From positions 61 through 64,060 of the forward strand of contig CAVXHB010000018.1 of NCBI GenBank assembly GCA_963761365.1: a stretch of 64,000 nt of DNA, written 5' to 3'. This document shows, piece by piece, positions 50,197-61,374 of the stretch. Position 1 is the stretch's first letter. Every line of letters begins with the position of its first letter. The DNA is from an uncultured Actinomycetes bacterium (GTDB taxonomy: Bacteria > Actinomycetota > Thermoleophilia > Gaiellales > Gaiellaceae). The notes beneath the pieces were generated by a model that saw only the letters and a list, made by a program, of their open reading frames with translations, was not told where the DNA came from and ran no database searches. A program made the translations under genes and the position numbers.

Positions 50197-51473
50197 TCAT
50201 CGGTCGAGGTTCAACTCGCGTAAGGCCAGGAACACGGCCTCGCTGAACGTCGGGTAGGGCGGGATCACGTCGAGCAGCGTCTCGAGCGACCTCGGCCGGG
50301 ATCGCAAGCGTCAGCTGCTGCAGCCATTCGCCGGCCTCGGGCCCGGCCGCGACGGCACCGGTGAGGACGCGCCGGTCCGGGTCTGCAGCGACCTTGACGA
50401 ACCCTTGGCGCTTCGGTCGCTCATAGGTCGAAGAGACGCGGCGTCTTGCTGGTCAGCTCCCCCGACCGGGTGATCTGCCCGTCGAGTGAGCCGACCGTAG
50501 CGACCTGTGGATCGGTGAAGATCGTTGCGGGAATCGCGCGGTAGTCGGCCCGCACGTCGTGCCCGTTCATGTCGTAGGCCGCGATCCTGTGCCTGGTACT
50601 TGCCGACGTGCGTGAGCTGCGCGATCCCGGTCACGTCGCCGATCGCCCAAACGTTTTCGGCGGCTCGCAGGCGCTCGTCCACCTCGATTCCGTGTTTCGA
50701 GACAGTCAGGCCGAGCGCATCGAGCCCCTCCACGTTCGGCTTACGACCGGTGGCGACGAGCACTCGGTCGAACTTTTCTCGAGTGACTCTTTGTCGCTTA
50801 CGCGTTCGCTCACACGCACCTCGACGCCGTCTTCCTCGAGCGCCGCGTGCACGAGCGCGGCGGCGTCGGCGTCGACGTTCGGCAGCAGCCGCTCTTCCGC
50901 CTGGACGAGCGTGACCTTCGAGCCGACCCGCGCGAAGAACTGCGCGAGCTCGCAGCCGACGGGCCCGCCGCCGAGCACGAGCAGCGTTCCGGGCACTTCC
51001 GTCGTCTCCGTCGCCTCTTTGTTCGTCCAGTAGTCGAGCCCGTCGACGAACGGTGGCACGACCGGCGAAGAGCCGGTTGCGATCACGAGCCGGTCGTAGG
51101 CAAGCTCGCGCCCGTCGACGTCGACGACGCCCGGCTTCGTCACCACGCCGTCGCCACGCACGAGCTCGCAATGCTGGTCCGCGAGCCATTTGACCTGCGC
51201 CGAGTCGTCGCGCCCGTCGACGACGAGGTCGCGCCAGGCGAAAACACCCGCCGGGTCGAGGGTGGCAGGGCTGAGCCCGGGTGCACGGCGTGTCGCAGCC
51301 ACGAGCTCCGTCGCGCGCAGCAACGTCTTCGTCGGCATGCAGGCCCAGTACGAGCACTCGCCGCCGACGAGGCGACGCTCCACGAGCGTCAGCTCGACAT
51401 CGTCGTCCAGACGGCGGAGAGCGCCGACGAAATGCTCGCCGGTCGACCCTCCGCCGAGGACGACAACCTTCAA
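50197..51473 (-). CDS. pyridine nucleotide-disulfide oxidoreductase (dihydrolipoyl dehydrogenase / mercuric reductase-like), frame-disrupted
   Basis: MKVVVLGGGSTGEHF, redox motif GGECSYWACMPTK, LLVLGGGPVGCELAQ, VWAIGDVTG, tail PPYPTFSEAVFLALRELNLDR. Confidence 0.75.
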
Positions 51474-52398
51474 CTAGACGAGGCCGTTCGCCTTCAGGAA
51501 CGCCTTGGCGATCGACGCTGCCGACTGCTTGTCGACGTAGAACGCCTTGTTCATCGCCACCATCGCGTTCTGGCTCAGCTTCGCCGAGACCGCGTTGACC
51601 GTGGCGGTGAACGTGGCGCCCGCCGCACTGGCGACCGACGTCTTCACGATCGGCACCACGTTCTGGAAGCCGGTGACGTGCTTCGGGTCGGCCAGGACCG
51701 TGTACTTCGATCCCTTACCGAGCGGCGGATCCGTCGAGAACACGTCTGCCGCCAGCACCTTGCCCTGGTCGAGGAGCGTGTACGGCGAGAGGCTTCCGAC
51801 CGACACGAACGACGCGTTCGCCAGCCCGTACTGCCTTCGTGTAGCCGACGAAGCACGTGTTGCGTGTCTGGCACTCGGGCAGGCCGCCGAACTTGAAGCT
51901 CCCGACCTTCTTCAGGTCGGAGATCGACTTCAAGCCGTACTTCTTCGCGGTCGCATTCGTCACCGCGACCACATCGGTGTCGAAGAACGGCGTCGGGTTG
52001 AGCACGGTGAAGCCCTTCGCCGCCTCGAGCTTTCGCGCGTTTGCGGTTGTCGCCGCGGCGGTCGCACCGGAGAACGTCTTGTGGAAGACGTCCTGCACGA
52101 TCACGCCCGTGTACTCGGGGTAGAAGTTGATCTTGCCGCTCGTGAGCGCGGTCTGGATCAACTCGGTCGAGCCGAGGCTTCCCTTGTTCGTGACGGTGAA
52201 GCCCTTCGCTTGGAGCGCCTGCTTGTACAGCTCGCCGAGGATGTACTCCTCGGCGAAGTTCTTCGTCCCGATCACGATCGTCGGCCCGGCTTTGGGTGCC
52301 GGGCGGGCCGTGCCGGCGAATAGGCCTAGGACGATCGCGACCCCCAGGGAAACCGCGAACGCCGCCTTGGCAGCTCTGCGTGTGTGCTTGCGAATCAC
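51474..52398 (-). CDS. glycine betaine/choline-type ABC substrate-binding protein (one frame change near 51830)
   Basis: Signal/anchor. IVIGTKNFAEEYILGELYKQALQAKGF, INFYPEYTG, VLADPKHVTGFQNVVPIV. Confidence 0.8.
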
Positions 52399-53102
52399 AA
52401 CAACTCCCTCCTGTCGTTGGCTGCGCCCGGGACCCTACTGGGCCTAAGTGCCTTGGGCGTCATCCCTTGCTGTAACGCCAGTAGGGCGAGCCATACTCCC
52501 GCGGACAGCGCCATCACGCAGTACGAGGCGCCGAGCACACCCTGCAGGCGGTAGCTCGCCTGGTTGACGATCACGTCTCCGAGGCCGCCGCCGCCTGCGA
52601 TCGCCGCAATCGGGGCGGTCGCGACGACCGTCACGGCTGCGACCCGGATCCCGGTGAAAAGGAGCGGCGTCGCCAGCGGCAACTCGATGCGACGGAGGAT
52701 CTGGAGGTGCGACATGCCCATGCCGCGGGCCGCCTCGACGACGTCGCGGTCGACGCCGTCGACACCGTCGTAGGCGTTCGTCAGCAACGGCCCCGTGGCG
52801 AGGACGGCGAGCGCGACCATGTTGTTGACGAAGCCGAAACCGAGGATGGTCAGGAACACGCCGATCAGGACGATGCTCGGCAGCGCGCGGCCGAAGATCG
52901 ACGCGCCGATCGCGACGTTCGCGCCGCGGTGGAAGTGACCGAGGACGATCCCGATCGGCAGCGCGAGGGCAGCGCCGAGCCCGAGCGCCGCACCGGAGAG
53001 CTCGAGCTGCTGGAGCGCCTTGTGGGCGAGGAAACCGGGGTTGTCGCCGATGAAGCGAAACGCTTCCAGGAACGTGTGCGCGTTGGCAGCGTCGAAGATC
53101 AT
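52395..53102 (-). CDS. osmoprotectant ABC permease (second)
   Basis: ATG 53102 overlaps the upstream TGA (ATGA). EAARGMGMSHLQILRRIELPLATPLLFTGIR (EAA loop). Stop overlaps the SBP GTG (GTGA). Confidence 0.8.
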   Translation of the reverse strand: MIFDAANAHTFLEAFRFIGDNPGFLAHKALQQLELSGAALGLGAALALPIGIVLGHFHRGANVAIGASIFGRALPSIVLIGVFLTILGFGFVNNMVALAVLATGPLLTNAYDGVDGVDRDVVEAARGMGMSHLQILRRIELPLATPLLFTGIRVAAVTVVATAPIAAIAGGGGLGDVIVNQASYRLQGVLGASYCVMALSAGVWLALLALQQGMTPKALRPSRVPGAANDRRELL

Positions 53103-53816
53103 TCGTGCACCCGTGTCCACGGGACGAGCGCTCGCCGGAGCGGTGACGAGGATCAGGTCGCAGGACAGCGCGAGCGCGACGACCAGGAAGCCCGCCGAAT
53201 AGATCTCGGTCTTGAACGGCGTCGGCTCCTGCAGCGCGAGGAAGATGGGATAGCCGAGGCCGCGGTCGCCGATCAACGCGGCGATCGTGGCGATCGTCAC
53301 GGTGGAGACAACGGCGATGCGCAGCCCGCCGATGATCGCCGGCAGCGCGAGCGGCAGCTCCACCCGCGTCAACACCTGGCGGCGCGTCAGGCCCATCCCG
53401 CGCGCGGCCTCGAGCACGTCCGGGGGTGCGGCGCGCAGGCCGGCGACGATGTTCGGGTAGAGGATCACGAGCGAGTAGCCGGTGAGCGGGATCTCGACGG
53501 TCGTGTTCGAGAGGCCGAAGAACGGCAGCAGGATCTGGAAGATCGCGAGCGCTCGGGATCGTGTAGATGAGCGCGGCCGCGATCGAGATCGGCTGCTCGA
53601 TCGCCGGCGAAGCGGTAGGAGACGAGCGCGAGCGTGAAGGCGAGCGCGAAGCCGATCGCGACGGCGATCAAGGTCAGCTCGACGTGCTGAACGAGGTGGG
53701 GCTCGAGCGTGTCGCCCCAGTGCGCGCGCACCCAGTCCCAGCAGAAGACGTGGTCGCCGGTGACGCACGCGCTCGCCGTGGCCGAAGTTGGGGATGACGG
53801 GGCCGCCGGCGATCAG
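53099..53816 (-). CDS. osmoprotectant ABC permease (first), frame-disrupted, start approximate
   Basis: FCWDWVRAHWGDTLEPHLVQHVELTLIAVAIGF. EAARGMGLTRRQVLTRVELPLALPAIIGGLR (EAA loop). Confidence 0.75.
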
Positions 53817-54778
53817 CGGAGCAGCTCCTCGACCTCGCTTGAGCTCGAGCACGCCTTGCGCGTTCGCCGTCGTCGCCGATGACGAGCACGCGGTCGGCGG
53901 CCGCTCCCGACCATCAGCGAGAGCGCGTTCCTGAGCGTCGTCGTCACTGTCACGCGCGGCATGTCCCGGCGACTGTCCCTGGACATGGCTCAATGGGACA
54001 TCGCCGACACGGCGCAGCGCGAGGCGGCGCAGGGCGCGGTCTTCGCCGATGAACTGCTCGACGAACGTGTCGGCCGGGTGCGCGAGGATCGCGTCCGGCG
54101 TGTCGTACTGGGCAAGCCTGCCGCCCTCGCGCAGGATCGCGATCCGGTCGCCCATCATGATCGCCTCGTCGATGTCGTGGGTGACGAAGATGATCGTCTT
54201 CGCGACCGCTCGATGGAGCCGGCGCACTTCGAGCTGCAGCCGGTGACGCGTGATCGGATCGAGCGCGCCGAACGGCTCGTCCATCAGCAGCACCGGCGGG
54301 TCGGCCGCGAGCGCCCGCGCCAGGCCGACGCGCTGGCGCTGGCCGCCGGAGAGCTGCGCCGGATAGCGCTTGGCGTCGCCCTGCTCGAGCCCGACGAGCT
54401 CGATCAGCTCCGCGACGCGCGCCTGGATGCGCGCCTTTCCCCAGCCGAGCAGGCGCGGCACGGTGGCGATGTTCTCGCCGACCGTCATGTGCGGGAAGAG
54501 GCCGGCCTGCTGGATCACGTAGCCGATCCCGCGCCGCAGCTCGACGGCCGGGAGCTCGCGGACGCTGCGTCCGTCGATGCGGATGTCGCCGGAATCGAAC
54601 GAGATCAGGCGGTTGACCATCTTCAGCGCCGTCGTCTTGCCGCCGCCCGACGGCCCGACGAGCACGCAGAACGTGCCTCCGGGGATGTCGAGCGACAACT
54701 CTTCGAGCGCATGATCCTGGCGGCCCGGATAGGTCTTCGACACGCGGTCGAAGACGATCTGCTCCGTGCGCCGCTCAT
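53813..54778 (-). CDS. osmoprotectant ABC ATP-binding protein (frame-disrupted, CBS-type tail)
   Basis: ATG 54778 overlaps the MFS stop (ATGA). GPSGGGKTT, LSGGQRQRVGLARAL, LLMDEPFGALD, FVTHD. Tail VLVIGDDGE...LELSEVEELL. Confidence 0.85.
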
Positions 54779-56176
54779 GTTGCGTTGCGTCGGTTCGTGA
54801 TGCCGACGAGCCCGGTCAGCCCGCCGACCGCGATCAGCCCGGCCGTGATCGCCATCGAGAGGCGATAGCCGTGCAGGTCGAGGCTCGTTGCCCGATCCCG
54901 CGATCGCGGCGCCGACGGTTGCGATGCCGATCAGGCCGGCGATGCGCGCGATCGCATTGTTGACGCCGGAGGCGATGCCGGCGTCGCGCTCGCCGGCGTC
55001 GGCGAGCACGGTCGAGGTCAGCGGCGCGACGATCAGCGAGAGGCCGACCGCGAAGATCGAGCAGCTGCGGCAGCAGGGTCGTCCAGTAGTCGAAGCCGGG
55101 CGAGAGCGTGCGCATCCAGAGGAGGGAGGCCGCGCAGATGAGCGGTCCGATCCCCATGAACCAGCGGGGACCGATCCGCATCGACAGCCGGCCGACGCGC
55201 GGCGAGAGAACGAACATCACGACCGTGATCGGAACGGTCGCGAGCCCGCTTCGGAACGGCGAGTAGCCGGCGAGCTGCTGCAGGAAGATGACGAGGAAGA
55301 ACGTCAGCGTCGAGAGCGCCGCGTAGACGGTGAACGTCTCGAGGTTCGCGAACGTGAAGTTGCGCAGGCGGAAGAGCCGCAGCGGCAGCATCGGGTCGGG
55401 GTGATGCGAGCTCCCAGACGACGAACAGCCGCGAGCAGCGCGATCCCACCGATCAGCGTCGCCAGGATCAACGGGTCGGAGAAGCCGCGTTTCTGCGATT
55501 CGATCAGCGCGAACACCGGCCCGCCGAGCCCGAGCATGCCGAGCAAGCCGCCGACGACGTCGACGCGCACCCGCTCGCGCGTCATGTCGCGGCCCGGAAG
55601 CGAGATCCGCACGATCGCGAGGGTGGCGATCACGAACGGGATGTTGATCACGAAGATCGAGCGCCACGACCCGACCGAGACGAGCCAGCCGCCGACGAGC
55701 GGGCCGATCACGAACGAGATCCCCGTCCAGGCCGTCCACGTGCCGATCGCGGCTCCGCGCTCCTCGCCCGAGAAGTTCGACGTGATCGTCGCAAGCGCGG
55801 CCGGCGTGAGCAGCGCGCCCGCGATTCCCTGCAGCCCGCGGGCGACGATCAGCTCTGGGCCGTTCAGCGAAACGGCGCAGAGGACCGACGTGACGCCGAA
55901 CACGGCCACGCCGATCTCGAAGATCCGCTTGCCGCCGAAGATGTCGCCCAGCGAGCCGCCGACGAGGATCAGTGAGCCCAGGGTGAGCAGGTAGGCATCG
56001 ACGACCCACTGCTGCAGCACGAGCCCACCGCCGAGATCGCGCTGGATCGCGGGCAGGGCGACGTTCACGACCGTCGAGTCGATGAAGACGACCGTCGAGC
56101 CGAGGATGCACGCCACGAGGATCAGCCGCTTGCGTGTCGAGTCGCTCAGGTGGCTTAATACTTCCATGGGAGACAC
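54775..56176 (-). CDS. DHA2 (EmrB/QacA-type) MFS transporter, frame-disrupted
   Basis: FIDSTVVNVALPAIQRDLGG, LGSLILVGGSLGDIFGGKRIF, ARGLQGIAGALLTP, 14-TM layout. Start is GTG 56176 or ATG 56167. Confidence 0.8.
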
Positions 56177-56562
56177 CTACACGATCAAAACGCTGGCGGA
56201 CGTGCCCGACATCCTGGGCGACTACCCGGGCGAGATGCAGTTCTTCACTCCGGAGCTCGGCAACGAGCAGGTTGCCTTCACCTACCGTCGGATGCCGCAG
56301 CATACGGGCGGCAAGGGCGGGTATGGCCACTTTCACAAGCAGCAGGAGGAGGTCTACTTCGTCGTCTCGGGGAAGCTCCAGTTCAAGCTCGACGACGAGG
56401 TGATCGAGGCGGGGCAGGGGCACCGCGATCCGGGTCGCGCCCGAGTGCGTCCGCTCCGTCTGGAACGACGAGCCCGAGGATGCCGAGCTCGTGATCGTCT
56501 CGACCCGCAGCGAGGATCCGCGCGAAGACACCGAGCGGGTTCCGGACTTCTGGCCGGCGTGA
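56166..56562 (+). CDS. cupin domain protein (frame change near 56410)
   Basis: MGDTYTIKTLADVPD...GYGHFHKQQEEVYFVVSGKLQFKLDDEVIEAGQG, then AIRVAPECVRSVWNDEPEDAELVIVS. Confidence 0.65.
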
Positions 56563-56573
56563 GTCGGTCGCCC

Positions 56574-56684
56574 CTAGTTGGGGCGGGCGACCCGGCGGCG
56601 CCGCCGAAGCGGGCCGCCGCGGAGCGTCTCGATGCGCTCCGAGATGAGGAGCTTCGTGAACTGCGGGTCTGACAGTCTGAACAT
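56574..56684 (-). CDS. 36-aa ORF with consensus promoter and strong RBS (function unknown)
   Basis: TTGACA-17 nt-TAGTAT promoter, AGGAGGAGGGG RBS, ATG 56684. MFRLSDPQFTKLLISERIETLRGGPLRRRRRVARPN. The 3' end runs into a hairpin. Confidence 0.35.
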   Translation of the reverse strand: MFRLSDPQFTKLLISERIETLRGGPLRRRRRVARPN

Positions 56685-56702
56685 TTCCCCTCCTCCTAAA
56701 GA

Positions 56703-56776
56703 ATCTCGATGTCGAGATACTAATGGTGGAATAGGTCTCTGTCAAGAGTCTTGACATCGAGCTATAATCGAGCTAC
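56703..56776. promoter_or_regulatory. divergent promoter/operator region of marR and the small ORF
   Basis: Minus strand: -35 TTGACA (56745-56740) and -10 TAGTAT (56722-56717). Plus strand: TATAAT 56763-56768, 8 nt before marR ATG 56777 (leaderless-type). Palindromes ATCTCGA-TG-TCGAGAT (56703-56718) and GTCAAGA-G-TCTTGAC (56741-56755). Direct repeat ATCGAGCT x2 (56756, 56767). Confidence 0.6.
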
Positions 56777-57281
56777 ATGACAACCACGACAGCCCAGCGA
56801 GACCACATCGACCTCTTCCTCGACCGGCTGGTCGACATCCCCGGCCTCGACCCTGAGGTCGAGGGGATCGTCGACCGGATCAACAGCCTCAGGAACAAGT
56901 TCCGGCGCGCGCTCGAAGAGACGCTCGGAGAGCACGACCTGACGTGGGGGGAGTGGAAGGTGCTCGGCTCGCTGATCCTCGGCGAAGGGGAATGCTCGCT
57001 CGCCGGGAGAGCTCTCGACCGAGCTCGAGGTGTCCACGGGGGCGATGACGAACCGGCTCGACCGCCTCGAGCAGGACGGCCTGATCCGGCGCGTGCGCGA
57101 CCCTGACGACCGCCGTGGCGTGAAGATCGAGCTGACCGACGCCGGGCGTCGCGCGTGGACGGACTCGACGTAGTGCGCAGGCCCGCAAGGAGGCGCTCGT
57201 CGCCGCTGCGCTCACGAAGAAGGAGCAAGGCGAGTTGAACGCGCTGCTGCGCAAGCTGATGCTCGCGTTCGAGATGCCTAG
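56777..57281 (+). CDS. MarR-family transcriptional regulator (frame-disrupted; 3' end uncertain)
   Basis: [59 protein letters not shown] (winged helix), LNALLRKLM. Confidence 0.75.
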
Positions 57282-58354
57282 GCGCTCGTCGCCGTCCGCA
57301 GGCCGGCGTGGCCGGTGCGCGGGCCGAGCGCAGTGGAACGGCTCGGGCTCGCGGCCGCCTTCGATGCAGTCCGCGACGTATTCGGCGAGCGCAGGGCCGT
57401 GCTTGAACCCGTGACCTGAGCCGCCGCCCAGCAGCCACCATCCGGGCTGCTCGGGGTGCCGGTCGAAGAGAAAGTGCGAGTCGAGCGGTCAGGTCGTACT
57501 GGCAGACGCGGGCGCCGATCAGCGGTGCGCCGGCGAGCGCAGGGAACCGCTTGCGCGACGTAGCTGCGCGCGAGTGCTTCGCTCGCGGGATCGGGCAGCC
57601 GCTCGAGCTGGTCCGGGTCGATCTCGACCCCGGGCCCGTCGTAGGAGGTCTTGAGCCCGAGCCCTCCGAGCTCGCCGTGTCCGTAATACGGGCCCTCGTA
57701 GTCGCAATAGCCTGGCGTGCCGGACCAGCTGCCGTCGACGCCGAAGAAGAAGACGTCGCGACGCGAGATCCGTTGTTGCACCAGTGCGGGGAACAATCCG
57801 GGGAGCCAGGCGCCGCAGGCCCAGACGACGATGTCGGCGCGCGGCGGGTCGATCGGCGTCGGTCGTCCGGTCTCGACGCGCAGGTTGCGGACGAGGCAGC
57901 GCGTCGCACGACGCGCGAACAAGACGCCGGCGCCGGGCTCGAGCAACACCGAGCGCAGATCGTCTCCGCCGAGGGACGGATAGAGGTGCTGCGCGTCCTC
58001 GGGCGTGAGGCGCTCGCACGCGATGCCGAGGCGACTGAGCGTCGCCTCGCTCTTTCGCGTGAAGTCGTCGTCTCCCGTCTCGAACCACGCGACCCCGACC
58101 GGTTCGAAGAGCTTCATCCCCGTCTCCTCCTCGAGCTCGAGCCACAGCTCAAGCGCGCGACGCGCCATCAGCGTGTACCAGTCGACGTCGCCGTGCGAAA
58201 ACCGGAGCAGGCGCGTGTCGCCGCCCGACCCCGAGCGCACGTTGCCGGCTGCGTACTGCTCGACGACGCGCACGTCCCAGCCGCGCCGGGCAAGCTCGCG
58301 TGCGGTCGACGCTCCGAAGACTCCTGCGCCGACGACGACCGCGGTGCCAGACAC
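57278..58354 (-). CDS. FAD-dependent oxidoreductase (DAO / sarcosine-oxidase-like), frame-disrupted near the 3' end
   Basis: [29 protein letters not shown] (GxGxxG), then [19 protein letters not shown] in a shifted frame. Confidence 0.75.
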   Translation of the reverse strand: MSGTAVVVGAGVFGASTARELARRGWDVRVVEQYAAGNVRSGSGGDTRLLRFSHGDVDWYTLMARRALELWLELEEETGMKLFEPVGVAWFETGDDDFTRKSEATLSRLGIACERLTPEDAQHLYPSLGGDDLRSVLLEPGAGVLFARRATRCLVRNLRVETGRPTPIDPPRADIVVWACGAWLPGLFPALVQQRISRRDVFFFGVDGSWSGTPGYCDYEGPYYGHGELGGLGLKTSYDGPGVEIDPDQLERLPDPASEALARSYVAQAVPCARRRTADRRPRLPVRPDRSTRTFSSTGTPSSPDGGCWAAAQVTGSSTALRSPNTSRTASKAAASPSRSTALGPRTGHAGLRTATSA

Positions 58355-58363
58355 GCGTGAACC

Positions 58364-59056
58364 CTAGATCGCGGCCCGGAGGCTGCGCACGTACTCCCGC
58401 AGCGCGGCCGGGCCCTCTTCGGCGACTTGCACCGCGCGTGAGCCCACGACGACGCCGTCTGCCAACTCGGCCACAGCCGCCGCGTGTGCGGGCGTGGAGA
58501 TGCCGAAGCCGGCGTAGAGCGGCTTGTCGGTCAGCGCCCGGGTGCGCTCGACGAGCCCGGCGAGCGCGGGGGAGACCTCGTCGCGCGTTCCCGTCGTTCC
58601 CGTGAGCGAGACGAGGTAGAGCCAGCCGTCGGTGTTCGCCACGCACGTGGCGATTCGCTCGTCGGTCGAGGTCGGCGCAACGAGCTGGATCCGCGGCACG
58701 TCTGCATGCTCCTCCACCGGCAGGTCGACGACGATCGCGCTTGTTGCGCCGGCCGCCCGCGAGTCCGTGACGAAGCGCTCGTAGCCGTACGCCTCGAGGA
58801 TCGCCGCGTAGGTCATCGGCACGAGCGGGACATCGACGCGCTCGCGCACGGCCGCGATGCACTCGAGACATTCCTTCGTGCGCATCCCGCGAGCGAGCGC
58901 GCGCTCGGATGCGAGGCGGATCGTCGGGCCCTCGGCGAGCGGATCGGAGAACGGGATGCCGAGCTCGACGATGTCGGCGCCGCCCTCGACCGCGGCCTCG
59001 GCGAGCTCGGGCGTCTCCGGCTCGCACACGAGGTAGATGACGAGTTTCTTGTTCAC
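58364..59056 (-). CDS. trpA: tryptophan synthase alpha chain
   Basis: Reads in one frame: [36 protein letters not shown] overlaps the trpB stop. Confidence 0.85.
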   Translation of the reverse strand: MNKKLVIYLVCEPETPELAEAAVEGGADIVELGIPFSDPLAEGPTIRLASERALARGMRTKECLECIAAVRERVDVPLVPMTYAAILEAYGYERFVTDSRAAGATSAIVVDLPVEEHADVPRIQLVAPTSTDERIATCVANTDGWLYLVSLTGTTGTRDEVSPALAGLVERTRALTDKPLYAGFGISTPAHAAAVAELADGVVVGSRAVQVAEEGPAALREYVRSLRAAI

Positions 59057-60174
59057 GCGCGCGCGAGGACCTCGGCGCAGGTCCTTGTCGCCGCGGCCGG
59101 AGAGGCAGACGAGGACGAGCTCTGCGTCGAGGTCGAGCGCGCGCGCGAGCGCGTGCGAGCTCTCGAGCGCGGGGATGATCCCCTCCGTCTTGCGCGAGCC
59201 GGTGGAAGGCGGTGAGCGCCTCTTCGTCGGTGCACGGGAGGTAGGTCGCGCGGCCCGAGTCGCGCAACGCGGCGTGCTCGGGGCCGACGCCGGGGTAGTC
59301 GAGCCCGGCGGAGATCGAATGCGCGTCGGCGATCTGGCCGTCGTCGTCTGCGAGCACGGACGAGCGCGCGCCGTGGAGCACGGCGGTCCGGCCGGTGCCG
59401 AGGCTTGCCGCACCCGCGGCTTCGACGCCGACCAGCCGCACGTCTGGATCGTCGGAGGAAGCCGTAGAAGATCCCGATCGCGTTCGAGCCGCCGCCGACG
59501 CACGCGACGACCGCCTCGGGCAGGCGGCCCTCGGCCGCGAGGAACTGCTCGCGCGCCTCGTCGCCGATCACGCGCTGCAGGTCGCGGACGATCTCCGGGT
59601 ACGGCGCCGGGCCGACGCACGAGCCGATCAGGTAGTGCGTCGTCTCGACGTTCGTGATCCAGTCGCGGATCGCCTCGCTCGTCGCTTCCTTCAGCGTCTT
59701 CGTCCCGAACTCGACCGGCCGCACCTCGGCACCGAGCAGGTGCATCCGCTCGACGTTCGGCTTCTGCCGGCGCATGTCCTCGGCGCCCATGTAGACGACG
59801 CACTCGAGGCCGAAGCGCGCGCAGACGGTGGCGGTGGCGACGCCGTGCTGGCCGGCGCCCGTCTCGGCGACGATCCGGCGCTTGCCGAGGCGGCGCGCGA
59901 GCACCGCCTGGCCGAGCGCGTTGTTCAGCTTGTGCGCGCCCGGTGTGCAGCAGGTCCTCGCGCTTGAGGTAGAGGCGCTTGTCGGGCGCGAACCGCTCGA
60001 CGCGCGTCAGCGGCGTCGGCCGGCCGCCGTAGTTCGTGAGCAGCTCGTGCAGCTCGCGATGGAAGGCGTCGTCGGCCTTCGCGGCCTCCCAGCCCGCGGT
60101 CAGCTCGTCGAGCGCCGGAATCAGCGTCTCGGGACGTAGCGGCCGCCGTAGGCGCCGAAGGTGGTGGTCGTCAT
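59053..60174 (-). CDS. trpB: tryptophan synthase beta chain (frame-disrupted)
   Basis: [72 protein letters not shown]. Confidence 0.9.
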
Positions 60175-61325
60175 CGCGCTGCCTTTCACCCACGCGCGCA
60201 CGGCGTCGTGGTCCTTGATTCCCGGCTCGAGCTCGGTCGACCGCGCCGAGTCGACCGCCCACGGACGGATGCTGTCGATCGCCGCGCGCACGTTGCCCGG
60301 GTCGAGGCCGCCCGCGAGCATGACGCGGCCCGGTGTCGTGCGCGCGCGCTCGAGATGGGTCTCGTCGGTCGCGCTCCCACGGCAGGTCGACGACGGTGCC
60401 GACCCGTTCGCCGTTGTACGCGCAGCACGCCGTCGCGCGCGCGGTGGCCGTTCTCGCGCTCGTAGAACTGCACGACGTCGGCGCCGGTCTCGTGCTCATC
60501 GCCGACGAAGACCGCGACGCGAAGCACCGTGTCCGGCGCGTCGAGGAGCTCGTCGGTGCGGCGTGGGCTCTCCTGCGCGAGGATGAAGCCGACGAGGTCG
60601 GCGCCCGCGTCGACCGCGACGTCGACGTCCTCCTGGCGGGTCAGCCCGCAGACCTTGACGAGCGGCCGCGAGATCAGCTCGGCGAGCTTGGCGCCGGGAT
60701 CGGTCGCGCGCATCAGCGTCGAGCCGACGAGGATCGCGTTCGCGCCGGCGAGCTCGGCGGCCGCGCCCTGCGCGCGCGTCTCGATCGCCGACTCGGCGAT
60801 CACGATCCGGTCGCGCGGCGCACGCGCGAGCAGCGCGAGCTGCGCGCGCGCGGTCGATGTGGAACGTGGAGAGATCGCGCGCGTTGACGCCGATCACCGG
60901 CGCGCCGAGCTGCGTCGGCGCGAGCGAGCTCGGCCGCGTCGTGCGCCTCGACCAGCGTGTCGAGGCCGAGTGCCTCCGCCTCACGCATCAGTGTCAGACA
61001 CTGCGCATCGTCGAGGTCGCGCAGGATCAGCAGCGCCGCGTCGGCGCCCGCCTCGCGCGCCGTGCGCAGATGTTCCGCGGTCGAGAAGAAGCCCTTGGCG
61101 AGGAGCGGCAGCGAGGTCGCCGCGCGCGCGGCGCGCAGGTCGTCCCACGAGCCGGCGAAGCGCTCGTCGACGAGCACCGACATCGCACGCGCGCCGGCGC
61201 GCTTCGTACGCGCGCGCGACGGCGGCGGGATCGCCGTCCGGGCGCAGGTCGCCGGCCGACGGCGAGCGCCGCTTGAACTCGGCGATCGCGCCGAAGCCAT
61301 CGCGCAACGAGTCAGCGAACCTCAT
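60171..61325 (-). CDS. trpC: bifunctional indole-3-glycerol-phosphate synthase / phosphoribosylanthranilate isomerase (TrpC-TrpF fusion), frame-disrupted
   Basis: TrpC: IAEFKRRSPSAG, MSVLVDERFAGS, LLAKGFF, VIGVNARDL, IAESAI. It runs without stop or start into TrpF: LVKVCGLTRQEDVDVAVDAGADLVGFI...LAGGLDPGNV...AVDSARSTE. Confidence 0.8.
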
Positions 61326-61374
61326 GTGGAAAACCTGTCGCAGTTCCGTAGCGATGCCTGGCACCGGCCATGTC

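Noticed and set aside
52395-54743. 782-aa ORF that reads like a fused ABC ATPase-permease-permease polypeptide
   Set aside because: ATGA and GTGA stop/start couplings at 53099-53102 and 53813-53816 survive in neighbouring frames. The ATPase N-terminus needs a frame change to reach ATG 54778. This is three ordinary genes joined by frame errors, not a fusion.
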